DNA of 34,554 nucleotides from Planctomycetota bacterium (GCA_038213805.1 JBBQSO010000058.1:1-34554); one strand, 5' to 3'; shown: positions 1-9,019, numbered from the stretch's first letter. Numbers and translations are program-made. The notes: generated by a model not told the origin, from the letters alone.

Positions 1-1
1 C

Positions 2-1009
2 GCCCGCCACGGCAGCGGTTTGGGCTGCGAGATCTGCAAACCGGCGGTGGGATCGATCCTCGCCGCCTGCTGGAACGACCACGTGCTCGACAAGGCGCAC
101 GCACCGCTCCAGGACACCAACGACCGCTTCCTCGCCAACCTCCAGCGCGACGGCAGCTACTCGGTGGTGCCGCGCGTGCCGGCCGGCGAGATCACGCCCG
201 ACCAGCTGATCGTCCTCGGTCGGGTCGCGAAGAGCTACGGGCTGTACAGCAAGATCACCGGCGGCCAGCGCGTCGACCTGTTCGGCGCGCGCGTCGAACA
301 GCTGCCCGCGATCTGGGGCGAACTGATCGCCGCGGGCTTCGAGTCCGGGCATGCTTACGGCAAGGCGCTGCGCACGGTCAAGTCGTGCGTCGGCTCGACC
401 TGGTGCCGCTATGGGGTGCAGGACTCGGTCGGTCTGGCCATCCAGGTCGAGAACCGCTACAAGGGCCTGCGTTCGCCGCACAAGCTGAAGAGCGCGGTCA
501 GCGGCTGCGCGCGCGAATGCGCCGAGGCGCAGAGCAAGGACTTCGGCATCATCGCCACCGAGAACGGCTACAACCTCTACGTGTGCGGCAACGGCGGGAT
601 GAAGCCGCAGCACGCGCTGCTGTTCGCCGCCGACCTCACCCCGGCGCGCCTGCTGCAGATCCTCGACCGCTTCCTGATGTTCTACATCCGCACCGCCGAT
701 CGCCTGGAGCGCACCGCGTCGTGGTTCAACAAGCTCGAGGGCGGCCTGGACTACCTCAAGGCGGTGATCCTGGACGACAGCCTGGGCATCTGCGCCGAAC
801 TCGAAGCCGAGATGGAACACGTCGTCGCAACCTACCAGGACGAGTGGAAGACCGCGATCAGCCAGCCCGACAAGCTCAAGCAGTTCCGCGCCTTCGTGAA
901 TAGCGACCTGCCCGACCCGAGCATTGTCATGGTCGCCGAGCGCGGCCAGCCGCGGCCGGCGTTCTGGGACGAGAAGCGCGAGCACATGGCAGCGCTGCTC
1001 GGCTCGTGA
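2..1009 (+). CDS. nirB: NAD(P)H nitrite reductase large subunit, C-terminal part (5' end outside the window)
   Basis: GCEICKP end of a BFD domain; LQDTNDRFLANLQRDGSYSVVPR; siroheme/4Fe-4S ligands KSCVGSTWCRYG and SGCARECAEA; followed by nirD. Frame is open to the window edge. Confidence 0.95.
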   Translation, partial: ARHGSGLGCEICKPAVGSILAACWNDHVLDKAHAPLQDTNDRFLANLQRDGSYSVVPRVPAGEITPDQLIVLGRVAKSYGLYSKITGGQRVDLFGARVEQLPAIWGELIAAGFESGHAYGKALRTVKSCVGSTWCRYGVQDSVGLAIQVENRYKGLRSPHKLKSAVSGCARECAEAQSKDFGIIATENGYNLYVCGNGGMKPQHALLFAADLTPARLLQILDRFLMFYIRTADRLERTASWFNKLEGGLDYLKAVILDDSLGICAELEAEMEHVVATYQDEWKTAISQPDKLKQFRAFVNSDLPDPSIVMVAERGQPRPAFWDEKREHMAALLGS

Positions 1010-1043
1010 AGCCCGCCAACCACCCCCAGCCCGCGAGAACCCG

Positions 1044-1424
1044 ATGACCACCGACGCCGCCAGCGCCATGAGCACGAATACCGCACTCGCCGAAGGCATC
1101 TGGACGCCGGTGTGCGCGCTGGAGGACATCATGCCCGACACCGGGGTGTGCGCGCTGGTCGGCGGCCGCCAGATCGCCATCGTGCGCGTCGGCCAGGGCG
1201 ACATGCTCTACGCGATCAGCAATTTCGATCCGTTCAGCCGGGCGATGGTGCTGGCGCGCGGCATCGTCGGCGATCGCGGCGGCATGCCCAAGATCACCTC
1301 GCCGATCTACAAGCAGGGCTTCGATCTGCGCAGCGGCCAGTGCCTGGACGAACCAAGCATCGTCATTCCGGTCTACGCGGTACGCGTGCAGGGCGGCGTG
1401 GTTGAGGTGCTGGCGGGCGGCTGA
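1044..1424 (+). CDS. nirD: Nitrite reductase small subunit (Rieske-like fold)
   Basis: WTPVCALEDI..GVCALVGGRQIA, NFDPFSRAMVLARGIVGD, SPIYKQGFDLRSGQCLDE; directly downstream of nirB. Start could be 1044 or 1068. Confidence 0.93.
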   Translation: MTTDAASAMSTNTALAEGIWTPVCALEDIMPDTGVCALVGGRQIAIVRVGQGDMLYAISNFDPFSRAMVLARGIVGDRGGMPKITSPIYKQGFDLRSGQCLDEPSIVIPVYAVRVQGGVVEVLAGG

Positions 1425-1446
1425 GGGACGGTGCCGGCACCATCCC
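1425..1446 (+). terminator. GC-rich inverted repeat right after the nirD stop; possible terminator
   Basis: gggacggtgcc/ggcaccatccc, one mismatch; no U-tract. Confidence 0.35.
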
Positions 1447-1622
1447 AGGCTGCGTCCGGATCTCGTCCGCGAAGGTGGACAGAACCGCGCCTGATGGTGC
1501 AGGCCATGCAACGACTGCGGGCGCGCTGAAACGGCAGACGGTGGCGCAACAATCGCCACAGCTGGCGCGACTTGGCGCGCGCAAAGAACACCGGCGGTGG
1601 TGATGCTGCGGTTATTCCCTGA

Positions 1623-1640
1623 TTTGGAAGCGCTTCCAAA
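1623..1640. promoter_or_regulatory. Perfect 18-bp palindrome, LacI/GalR-family operator-like
   Basis: TTTGGAAGCGCTTCCAAA is its own reverse complement and matches the TGNAANCGNTTNCA pattern with a central CG; lies 300 bp upstream of the prepilin cassette. Confidence 0.65.
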
Positions 1641-1939
1641 GGTACGGGTGCCGAAAACGATCAGCTTTTTGTCTGAGTTTTTCGTGTCAAACGTAGCGCC
1701 GAATCGCTAGGCTGGGCGGAGCGGCGCCCTCACACCACGCACGCGAATTCCCGTTCGATGATATCGCGCATGGATGCACGATGGCCAGGATGTCAAACGT
1801 CCGGCCTCCTGCCATTTCTGTACTATATCCCATTTTTTTCCCGGATTTTATGCGGAATTAAGACGCAAATGGGGAATGCGGTCGCCACCCCCCTCGCGCA
1901 TCCACAAGACATGGCCACCAGCGCCACCGAGCAACGCCC

Positions 1940-3769
1940 ATGAGTCCCACCGCCCCCGACCAGCTGAAGTCTAGGCCCGCCCCCGGGCGCGGCGGCTTCA
2001 CCCTCTTCGAAGTCGCGCTCGCACTCGGGCTGGTGACCTTCGGCGTGGTCAGCACGCTCATGCTGTTTCCCGCCGGCCTCAAGGCACAGCAGCTCGCGCG
2101 CTTCAAGATCTACGCCAGCGCCAAGGCGCTGGAGATGGTCGACGCCTACAACAGCTTCCATAATCAGAACCCGGCGAGCGATATCGAGGCGCCGAACGCC
2201 TGGGACGTGCACACCACCTACAAGGGTCAGGCGCCCGACCTGGAATCGCGGCTGGCGTCGTACCGCAACGGCCTGCTGCCGCTGCCGCTGACCATCGCCC
2301 GCCGACTCGACTCCGATGGCGATGAGATCCAGAACCTGCTCGCCCAGGGCGGCTACCTCTACTACTCGCAGCCACTCGCCACCACCGGCTTGAACGAGAC
2401 CGCCTTCGGCACCTCGATACCTCCGAACGAGGCGCAGCGCCTGGTCATCGGCGTGATCGGCTTCCCGCAGAACAATGCGATCCCGGCGCTGCCGCAGAAG
2501 GCCTGGCCCTACTACACGCCCTACCCATCGCCGCCCGTGCACCTGCAGCACGTCAACACCGACCTTGGCGGCGCGGACTACTGGAGCGGGCCGAACTGCT
2601 ACGCGTGGGAGCCGCTCGACCGCGCCGACACCGCGATGAAGACGGTGTACGACACGTACAAGGACTACTTCAGCGACCAGACGCGGGAGAAGGCCGTGAT
2701 CTACGCCAAGGAGGCGCTTAACTGGAACTTGGCGAAGGGCATTCCGCTCACCTACCTGAACGGCACCGACAAGATCACGGTCTTCGCCGCGAGCCCCAAC
2801 GGTGACAACCTCTGGCAACAGGTCACCGGCCTGCGCATGTGGGCGCACGCCGCGACCACCGCTTTCCACTGGGCGAGCAGCCAGCCGGTGCCCACCGGCC
2901 AGGCGGCCCCCACCACCATAGACATCGCGGGCAACGCGACGGTCACGCTGAGCGAGCAGACCGTGCGCACCATCCACGACGCGTGCCTGGCCCTGGGCAT
3001 GCGTTTCCAGGCGACGCATCCCTTCGACTTCGGCTGCCCGCGCCCGCTGCAGCGCGCGTTGATGATGGACTTCCCGCTCATCGAATACGATCTCGGCTCG
3101 GCGCCGCTTGAAGGCACCATCTTCGCCAACGGGGCACGCGCCCAGCAGTGGCACCCGGTGGCGACCTCACGACTCACCAGCCTGGGGGTCAGCGCGATGT
3201 ATCCCAACCCCGCATCCTCCTCCGTCGGCGCGATGGGCGAAGCCGCGCTGGGCACGGCAAGCAGCGGCGCCGGCGCAGGCAGCCTGTGGGGAAGCGACCC
3301 CAGCCACGCCACCCTCACCGCGTCCTTCACCGCCGCCGAGCGCTGCCGCCAGATCGTCTTCTGGACCGCCGACTGGCAGTCCTACGACGATTTCGAAACC
3401 GCGCCCAGCGCACCGGTCGACGCCAGCAAGTACCTGAAGGGTGCGCCGCGCAGCAACGCCACCTTCGATTGGTGCATGACCCATCCGCCCTTCATGGACT
3501 GGCAGCAGTACACCTACCGCAATCCGGAAAAGGTCCTGGCCTTCATCGCCAGCAATCGCGCCGCCACCGGCAGCAACGACAGCAACGGCACCGGCGTCCA
3601 CGACCAGGGCAGCAGCCGCGCCGCGGTGTTCTCCGGCCTCTATGGCGCCGATCGCAACGGCAACGGCAAGGCCGATCAGGGCACGGTGCCGCCGTCGGTG
3701 CGCTTGCGCGCCCAGGTTGTCGCCCGCTTCAACTACTATGATCTCCGCGTGCCCGCGGTGATCCGCTGA
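1940..3769 (+). CDS. Large prepilin-type N-terminal cleavage/methylation protein (PilV-like position in cassette)
   Basis: Class III signal RGG|FTLFEVALALGLVTFGVVSTLMLFPAGL with Glu+5; 609 aa; C-terminal DRNGNGKAD Ca-binding-like motif. Confidence 0.85.
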   Translation: MSPTAPDQLKSRPAPGRGGFTLFEVALALGLVTFGVVSTLMLFPAGLKAQQLARFKIYASAKALEMVDAYNSFHNQNPASDIEAPNAWDVHTTYKGQAPDLESRLASYRNGLLPLPLTIARRLDSDGDEIQNLLAQGGYLYYSQPLATTGLNETAFGTSIPPNEAQRLVIGVIGFPQNNAIPALPQKAWPYYTPYPSPPVHLQHVNTDLGGADYWSGPNCYAWEPLDRADTAMKTVYDTYKDYFSDQTREKAVIYAKEALNWNLAKGIPLTYLNGTDKITVFAASPNGDNLWQQVTGLRMWAHAATTAFHWASSQPVPTGQAAPTTIDIAGNATVTLSEQTVRTIHDACLALGMRFQATHPFDFGCPRPLQRALMMDFPLIEYDLGSAPLEGTIFANGARAQQWHPVATSRLTSLGVSAMYPNPASSSVGAMGEAALGTASSGAGAGSLWGSDPSHATLTASFTAAERCRQIVFWTADWQSYDDFETAPSAPVDASKYLKGAPRSNATFDWCMTHPPFMDWQQYTYRNPEKVLAFIASNRAATGSNDSNGTGVHDQGSSRAAVFSGLYGADRNGNGKADQGTVPPSVRLRAQVVARFNYYDLRVPAVIR

Positions 3770-3776
3770 GGTGCCC

Positions 3777-4928
3777 ATGAACAGCAACCGCCGCGCCTTC
3801 ACCCTGATCGAGATGCTGATCGCCATCGCCCTCGGGCTGGTGCTGATCTACACCGCGGCCGCCGGCCTGCGCGTGGCGGCGCAGACCGTGACCGTCGCCA
3901 ACCGCTTGGCGCTCGAGAACGAGATCATGCGCAACGGCTTCGAGATCGCCCTCGACGAGGTCGACCTGTGGCGCGCCTACGACGAGCCCGTCGACACCAT
4001 GCGTCAGCAGCAGCGCGCCCCGGGCGGGATCTTCCGCCCGTTCAAGTCCTCGACCGTCGGGGTGTCAACCACGGCCCCGGCGACCAGCGCGATGATCATC
4101 ATCGACCTGAACAACATCCCCGCTCCCAACGACAGCGAGCGCGGCTGGAATTCAGACTACGCGTGGCCGGTGGCCGACCCGCGCACCTGGTTCCGCAACA
4201 ACATGGCGGAACGTTCCGGGACCGGGCTGCACTTCGGCGGCTACAAGCGCTTCTCCACCGTCGGACCGGCCGACGCCACCGGCCGCACCCACACCTGGCT
4301 GGCCAATCAGCTGGACCGCCTGGTCTCCGCATTCGGCTACTACGGCATGGCCGACTACCTGCCGGCGGGCACCATCTACGACTACGCCGGGGGCTCGTTC
4401 CCGGTCACCGGGGGCGGCATGTGCAGCCTGTTCGCCAACACCGGCGCCATGAACTTCCAGAACGGCGATGGCGGCGCGGACTTCGCCCAGAGTCTGTACC
4501 GGGCGACCAAGAACACCGCCTTCGCGGTCTACCCGCTGACGGCGGCCACGCCGATCGACGCCACCAGCGCGGCCTACACGCGCTGGAACGTGGGGCAGAA
4601 CGCGAACCAGGACAGCACGCGCACCTTCCAGCTCGTGACCAGCAGCCACGATCCGGTCCTAGAGATCCGGCCCACGACCTGGCCGACGCTGACGGTGTCG
4701 ACCGCGCGCACCCTGGCCTACAACCGCTTCGCCTGCGTCGCCCGCGTGCACTGGACGAGCCCCCTGACCGGCAACGCCTCCGAACTGAGCTTCACCTGCT
4801 TCGGCACCAGCCTGCGCGGCGCCCGCCAGCAGCGGCGTGCGGACGCCGGCTGGGCGGTCTGGCACAACGCCGACGCCGGCGCCAGTTCAACGAATCCGAA
4901 CGATGCCACCCTCGACAATGCGAATTGA
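3777..4928 (+). CDS. Prepilin-type N-terminal cleavage/methylation protein (PilW/PulJ-like)
   Basis: NRRA|FTLIEMLIAIALGLVLIY class III signal; starts a few bases after the upstream stop (alternative GTG start at 3771). Confidence 0.85.
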   Translation: MNSNRRAFTLIEMLIAIALGLVLIYTAAAGLRVAAQTVTVANRLALENEIMRNGFEIALDEVDLWRAYDEPVDTMRQQQRAPGGIFRPFKSSTVGVSTTAPATSAMIIIDLNNIPAPNDSERGWNSDYAWPVADPRTWFRNNMAERSGTGLHFGGYKRFSTVGPADATGRTHTWLANQLDRLVSAFGYYGMADYLPAGTIYDYAGGSFPVTGGGMCSLFANTGAMNFQNGDGGADFAQSLYRATKNTAFAVYPLTAATPIDATSAAYTRWNVGQNANQDSTRTFQLVTSSHDPVLEIRPTTWPTLTVSTARTLAYNRFACVARVHWTSPLTGNASELSFTCFGTSLRGARQQRRADAGWAVWHNADAGASSTNPNDATLDNAN

Positions 4929-4929
4929 G

Positions 4930-5973
4930 ATGCCCGCCAACCGCTGCGCTGCGCCCCGGCGCGGCACCGTCCTCATCCTGGTCGCGGGCATCTCCGCATT
5001 GCTCGCGTCGCTCGCCGTATCGTTCCTGGTGCGCATGCGCACAGACGCCGAGGAGAGCGACCGTTCGGTGAGGCTCGCCCAGGCCCACCTGATGCTGGTC
5101 GCATCCTGCAACTTCATCCAGGAACGCTCGCGCATGGGCTGGGACGACCCCAACCCACCCGCCGGGACGCCGGCAACCCACGTCGAATGCTTCGGCTGGG
5201 TCGACATCCGCGATGGCGTCAGCGGGCCGCGCGACCAGACCCAGGGACCCGGCGACTTCGCCGTTCCGGCCGTTCCCGACGAGACCCCGACGCAAATGGC
5301 GGTAGGCACCTGGGCGGATCTGCGCACCCCCCTTGCCACCCGGCCGATCTCGCGGCAGCCGATGTACGTGATGCGCCGTCCACCGTTCGCGGTGCTGCCC
5401 AAGGCCGCGCCCAATGCCATCTCGACCATCCCGGGCGACGTGAATTTCGGCAAGCCGCTGGCCACGCACTGCGACCCGGAACCGGCCGTCAAGCCGCTGC
5501 CCGCCGCGGATACCCCGGCCACCTGGTCCGATTACGCCACCGGCGACAAGACTCCCCTGCCGAGCGGACAGGTGGGCGCCTGGTTCCGCGTCCTGCGCGA
5601 TGGGCCTGCGACCTTCGTCGTCACCTGCGGTTGCGGCGGGACCATGGGCTTCCGCATGCGCGACTGGGACGCCGTCAGCGGCACGGGCGCCATGACCGCC
5701 GAGGACAAGGCGCTGTTCGGCAACGACCGCGACCTGTTCAGCCAGCTTGAGGCCAATGAGGTGCGCCTGTGGTATCGCATCGAATGGTCGGCGAACGTCG
5801 CCGCCGCCGACTATCAATGCCTGCAGAACGAGATCGGTGGCGACCATTGGGTGCAATGGCCGCTGAATGCCAGCGCCGCGCCGAACAACGTGCGCTCGCA
5901 GCCACACCCTACCAATATGGTCGGCACCATCCGCTGGGTGCAGCGCCTGACCAACGAGCCGACCTACTGGTAG
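4930..5973 (+). CDS. PilX/GspK-like pseudopilin
   Basis: PRRG|TVLILVAGISALLASLAVSF: prepilin-like signal lacking Glu+5, as in PilX/GspK; ATG 1 bp after the upstream stop; clear paralogue at 33349-34395. Confidence 0.8.
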   Translation: MPANRCAAPRRGTVLILVAGISALLASLAVSFLVRMRTDAEESDRSVRLAQAHLMLVASCNFIQERSRMGWDDPNPPAGTPATHVECFGWVDIRDGVSGPRDQTQGPGDFAVPAVPDETPTQMAVGTWADLRTPLATRPISRQPMYVMRRPPFAVLPKAAPNAISTIPGDVNFGKPLATHCDPEPAVKPLPAADTPATWSDYATGDKTPLPSGQVGAWFRVLRDGPATFVVTCGCGGTMGFRMRDWDAVSGTGAMTAEDKALFGNDRDLFSQLEANEVRLWYRIEWSANVAAADYQCLQNEIGGDHWVQWPLNASAAPNNVRSQPHPTNMVGTIRWVQRLTNEPTYW

Positions 5974-5998
5974 TCGGCCCGTTGGCGGCGCGCACCGC

Positions 5999-7405
5999 TC
6001 AGAACACCAGTTGCAGGCGCGATTCGATCATATTCTCGGCCTCGCGGTCGCCGGTCCCGGCAACGCCGCTGTCGAAGGTGGTATGCTCGAAGTTGAGCAT
6101 CAGCTTCACATTGCGGTTGAACAGCCAGTTGACGCCAGCGCCGAAACCGGTGGCGAAGCGCTGCGACGCCACGGTGCCGGGGGCGCCATTGGTCAGGAAG
6201 GGGATCGCGCGGCTGTCGAGCGCGGTATGCTCGATGCGCCCCACCACCTCGAACCCGCCCCAGCTGCTGAAGTCGGGGCTGAACGAGGCGTTGGGGCTCC
6301 AGCCCTTGTACGACGCGCTCTCGCCGGTGAGGATGTACCCGGCCTCGACCACGTAGGCGCGGTTGCTGACGTTGACGCTCGGTGCGGCGGCGCCCGCGGA
6401 GATGCGGTTGTTGGTGCCGGCGTATTCCGCGAGCACCTCGGCCGATCCCCAGGACCAGTAGGCCTGCGGCACGACGTGGGTGTGACGGCCGTTGGCGGTG
6501 GTGGCCGCGGCATAGGTCGCGTAGGCATTCTGACCCGCGGTGATGAAGCCGGTCGGCAGGCCGGTACCAGCACCGGGAATGCCGTCGGCGGAGCCATAGC
6601 TGGCAGCGATGCCCACCGTGAGGTTGGCGAGCGGTGCGGCGCCGCCCTTGAACGGCGTGGCCATGAGCCGCGCCACGGCGTCCTTGTCGTCGGCGTTGTC
6701 GGTGTCGCGGTTGGCGTTGTCGACGCCACCGTTGAAGACACCGAGATTGTAGCTGAGCCTGCCGCCGAAGAGATCACCGAAGATCTGCGCACCCTCGTCA
6801 CGCGCGGGCACCAGGTTGGAGGTATAGCCACGCTCGATGAACATCGTGACGGTGTCGTTCTGGGTGAATTCCAGGCCGATCGGCGTCTTGAAGCGGCCGA
6901 CCTGGATCTTGAACGACGGGTCGAAGTTGCCGATCACGTAGGCGTCGGTCAGGCTCACCACCGCCGGGGCGCTGCCGGCGACGTTGCCGAACTCGGACAT
7001 GATGCGGAAGTCCCAGTACTTGGCGACCGTGCCTTCCATGACCAGGCGTGCGCGGCGCAGCAGGAACTGGTCAGTCAAGCGCGTCTGGTCGTCGTCGAAG
7101 AAGAAGCGGCCGTCGGCGTGGATGTAGCCCCAGAACTTGATCTTGGTGTTGCCATCCGCGGAGACGATGCCGAAGCCGTCCTTCTCGCTGGCCACGGCGT
7201 GGGTGCCACCGTCGGCGGGCTTGGCGCCCTGCTCGCTGGCGAGCTCAAGCTTGCGGGTCAGCGCCTTGACCTGCTGGTCGAGTGCCTCGAGCCGCTCGTT
7301 GAGCTCGGCGGGCGTCGGGTCGGCGGCGCGGGCCAGCGGCGCGGCGCCGATGGCGAGGCCGAGGAGGGCGAGCGAAGCGAGGGTGGGAGAGCGGAGGATG
7401 GGCAT
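5999..7405 (-). CDS. OprO/OprP-family anion-selective outer-membrane porin
   Basis: Signal peptide (MPILRSP..ARAADP), short coiled coil, FLLRRARL, GRFKTPIGLE, GVNWLFNRNVKLMLNF, and C-terminal Phe (SRLQLVF). Confidence 0.85.
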   Translation of the reverse strand: MPILRSPTLASLALLGLAIGAAPLARAADPTPAELNERLEALDQQVKALTRKLELASEQGAKPADGGTHAVASEKDGFGIVSADGNTKIKFWGYIHADGRFFFDDDQTRLTDQFLLRRARLVMEGTVAKYWDFRIMSEFGNVAGSAPAVVSLTDAYVIGNFDPSFKIQVGRFKTPIGLEFTQNDTVTMFIERGYTSNLVPARDEGAQIFGDLFGGRLSYNLGVFNGGVDNANRDTDNADDKDAVARLMATPFKGGAAPLANLTVGIAASYGSADGIPGAGTGLPTGFITAGQNAYATYAAATTANGRHTHVVPQAYWSWGSAEVLAEYAGTNNRISAGAAAPSVNVSNRAYVVEAGYILTGESASYKGWSPNASFSPDFSSWGGFEVVGRIEHTALDSRAIPFLTNGAPGTVASQRFATGFGAGVNWLFNRNVKLMLNFEHTTFDSGVAGTGDREAENMIESRLQLVF

Positions 7406-7478
7406 GAGGAGGACCTCTGATGGGAATGCCACCAGGATGGTGGCGGTGGACGGAAGATGATGGATGGGAGCGGCGCTG

Positions 7479-8260
7479 TCAGGCCGGCGCGGGCACGCCC
7501 GGGATAGCCTGGGCCGCCGCCAGCGCACCGTGTCGGCGCGTGGATAGGAAGCGCATGCCTGCATTGCGGTGGTGGGCAAAGAGCACTGATTCGCAGACCT
7601 TGAGGCGTTCGCGCCGACGCTGGAAGTCGATGGTGATGCTGCAGCCGATGGTGGCGTCGGGGCCGGAGTTCAGCATTACCATGCGGTCCGCCATGTAAAT
7701 CGCCTCATCCACCTGGTGCGCAACGATGAGTACCGAGAGGCGCTCGTCACCATGCAGGCGCAGAGGCCCGTCGTGGCTGGCTGCGCGTCACATCGCGGCG
7801 GGGCCGGGCACGCCCTTGCCGGTGAACGGAATGTTGAACGGGCTGAAGATCCATGCCTGGCCGAAGAGGCCGATGCGCGTGCCGCTCGGAAGTCCGTAGT
7901 GCATGGGCGAGCCGTCGCGCTCCATGCTGACCAGGCCCTGCGACCTTCCGGTGCTGCTGGATCTCGATCGCGACGTTGAGGACCGCCGCCGCGAAGAAGC
8001 CCGGTTGGAGGAAGAATACCACCAGCGCGCGCGGTGATCTTGCCCATGCCGGTCGTCGGCACCGGAAGCCCGATCCCGGCCACCTGGATCCGCGCGCAGA
8101 CCGACCCGGGTTTCATGCGTTGGACCGCGACGCTCACCGGGGACGCGATGCTGGCGGCCACGCCGACGTCCGCGCTGGCATCCGCAACCTCGGCGCTGGC
8201 GCGGGCCAGGACCAGGAATCCAGCGAGGTCGCGGGTGCGACGGCGCACGATCACGGGCAT
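7479..8260 (-). pseudogene. Decayed nitrate ABC transporter remnant (NrtC/D-type ATPase C-terminus, probable NrtB-like permease fragments upstream)
   Basis: Minus strand about 7760-7479 reads RLHGDERLSVLIVAHQVDEAIYMADRMVMLNSGPDATIG..IDFQRRRERL, like NrtC/D (THDVDEA..SDRIVMMTNGPAATIG). An in-frame stop lies just upstream and there is no Walker A or signature motif. Weaker permease-like pieces in three frames: DVGV..VQR, VLNVAIEIQQHRKVA, GTRIGLFGQAW. Confidence 0.65.
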
Positions 8261-8319
8261 GGTAAAGGGGTCTCCGGACGGAGCGGGTGGTGAAAACCGG
8301 GTCAAGAGCCTCGCGATCG

Positions 8320-8350
8320 ACCGACTCAGCGCACCGGGCGCTGCGTCGGT
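8320..8350 (-). promoter_or_regulatory. Leader stem-loop between the putative sigma54 promoter and the transporter remnant
   Basis: accgactcagcgc-accgg-gcgctgcgtcggt: 13-bp stem with one mismatch. Confidence 0.35.
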
Positions 8351-8377
8351 AAGCGTATTCGGGACGGATTGCCCCGG

Positions 8378-8394
8378 AGCAGCGCCTATGCCAA
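8378..8394 (-). promoter_or_regulatory. Putative sigma54 (-24/-12) promoter for the transporter-remnant/porin unit
   Basis: Minus strand TTGGCATAGGCGCTGCT: GG-N10-GC, close to the TGGCAC-N5-TTGCW consensus. Confidence 0.6.
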
Positions 8395-8967
8395 TGCACC
8401 TGCCGCGCATGTCCGCCCCGGATTTCCCCGGGCCTGTGCCTGGTGTCCGACCAATCGAGGGGGCCATCATCCGCCTGGTAAGCGCTGGATTCTACCGCGC
8501 GTCACGCGCACTCGGACACTTCTGACCAGGATGCAGAAACTGGTCTGCGGCCCGCGGGAAAGCAGCCGGGTCATCGTGTTTCCAAGAATCCACATGTCTA
8601 TCAAACGTACACACTCATGGCTTCATGGCGCGTCACAAGATCGAAATTCGAGCACACATGCGCACAAGGCCACTGGTGGAGCGAGGACGAGCTGTACCGA
8701 ATGATGCCCGACTGTTCATCGCGAAGATCCATTTTTGCACAAAAATCAACTTTTGATCGCCCTGCTTCCAGCCCCGCCGTGGTTCCACACGACGCCCCGG
8801 CGAGCAGCTGCAGCGGAGCTGCACCGTCCCGCTTGTGGGGCGCTCCTGCAAATATCCATTTTCAGCGGCAGAGTCCACCTGTTGCGGTCACTCCGCTGGC
8901 CTCTGGACAGGATCGGCGTGCGGAGGGGGGACCGCGTAGCGCCCCGCACGGCCCGTCCAGGCAGCCT

Positions 8968-8984
8968 TTGGCACACACTGCGCA
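8968..8984 (+). promoter_or_regulatory. Putative sigma54 (-24/-12) promoter for nitrate reductase
   Basis: TTGGCACACACTGCGCA: perfect -24 box and GG-N10-GC spacing, about 36 bp before the ATG at 9020. Confidence 0.55.
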
Positions 8985-9019
8985 AAGGGGATGGTCAGCC
9001 ACACCGCGCGGTCCCGTCC

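Noticed and set aside
1541..1557. GG-N10-GC motif (GTGGCGCAACAATCGCC) as a sigma54 promoter for the pilin cassette
   Set aside because: Weak match, about 380 bp from the start codon, and part of a small hairpin; expected by chance at this GC content.
8260..8380. ANTAR (NasR/NasT) dual-hexaloop RNA motif in the transporter leader
   Set aside because: Only one long hairpin is visible, with no tandem hexaloops, and no ANTAR protein is in the window.
7676..8525. Intact hypothetical genes from the ORF track (264, 203 and 163 aa)
   Set aside because: Better explained as frameshifted pieces of the decayed transporter and their antisense shadows.
8735..9019. 95-aa N-terminal extension of nitrate reductase
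   Set aside because: Not protein-like and overlaps the putative promoter; the family normally starts just before the CxxCxxxC motif.
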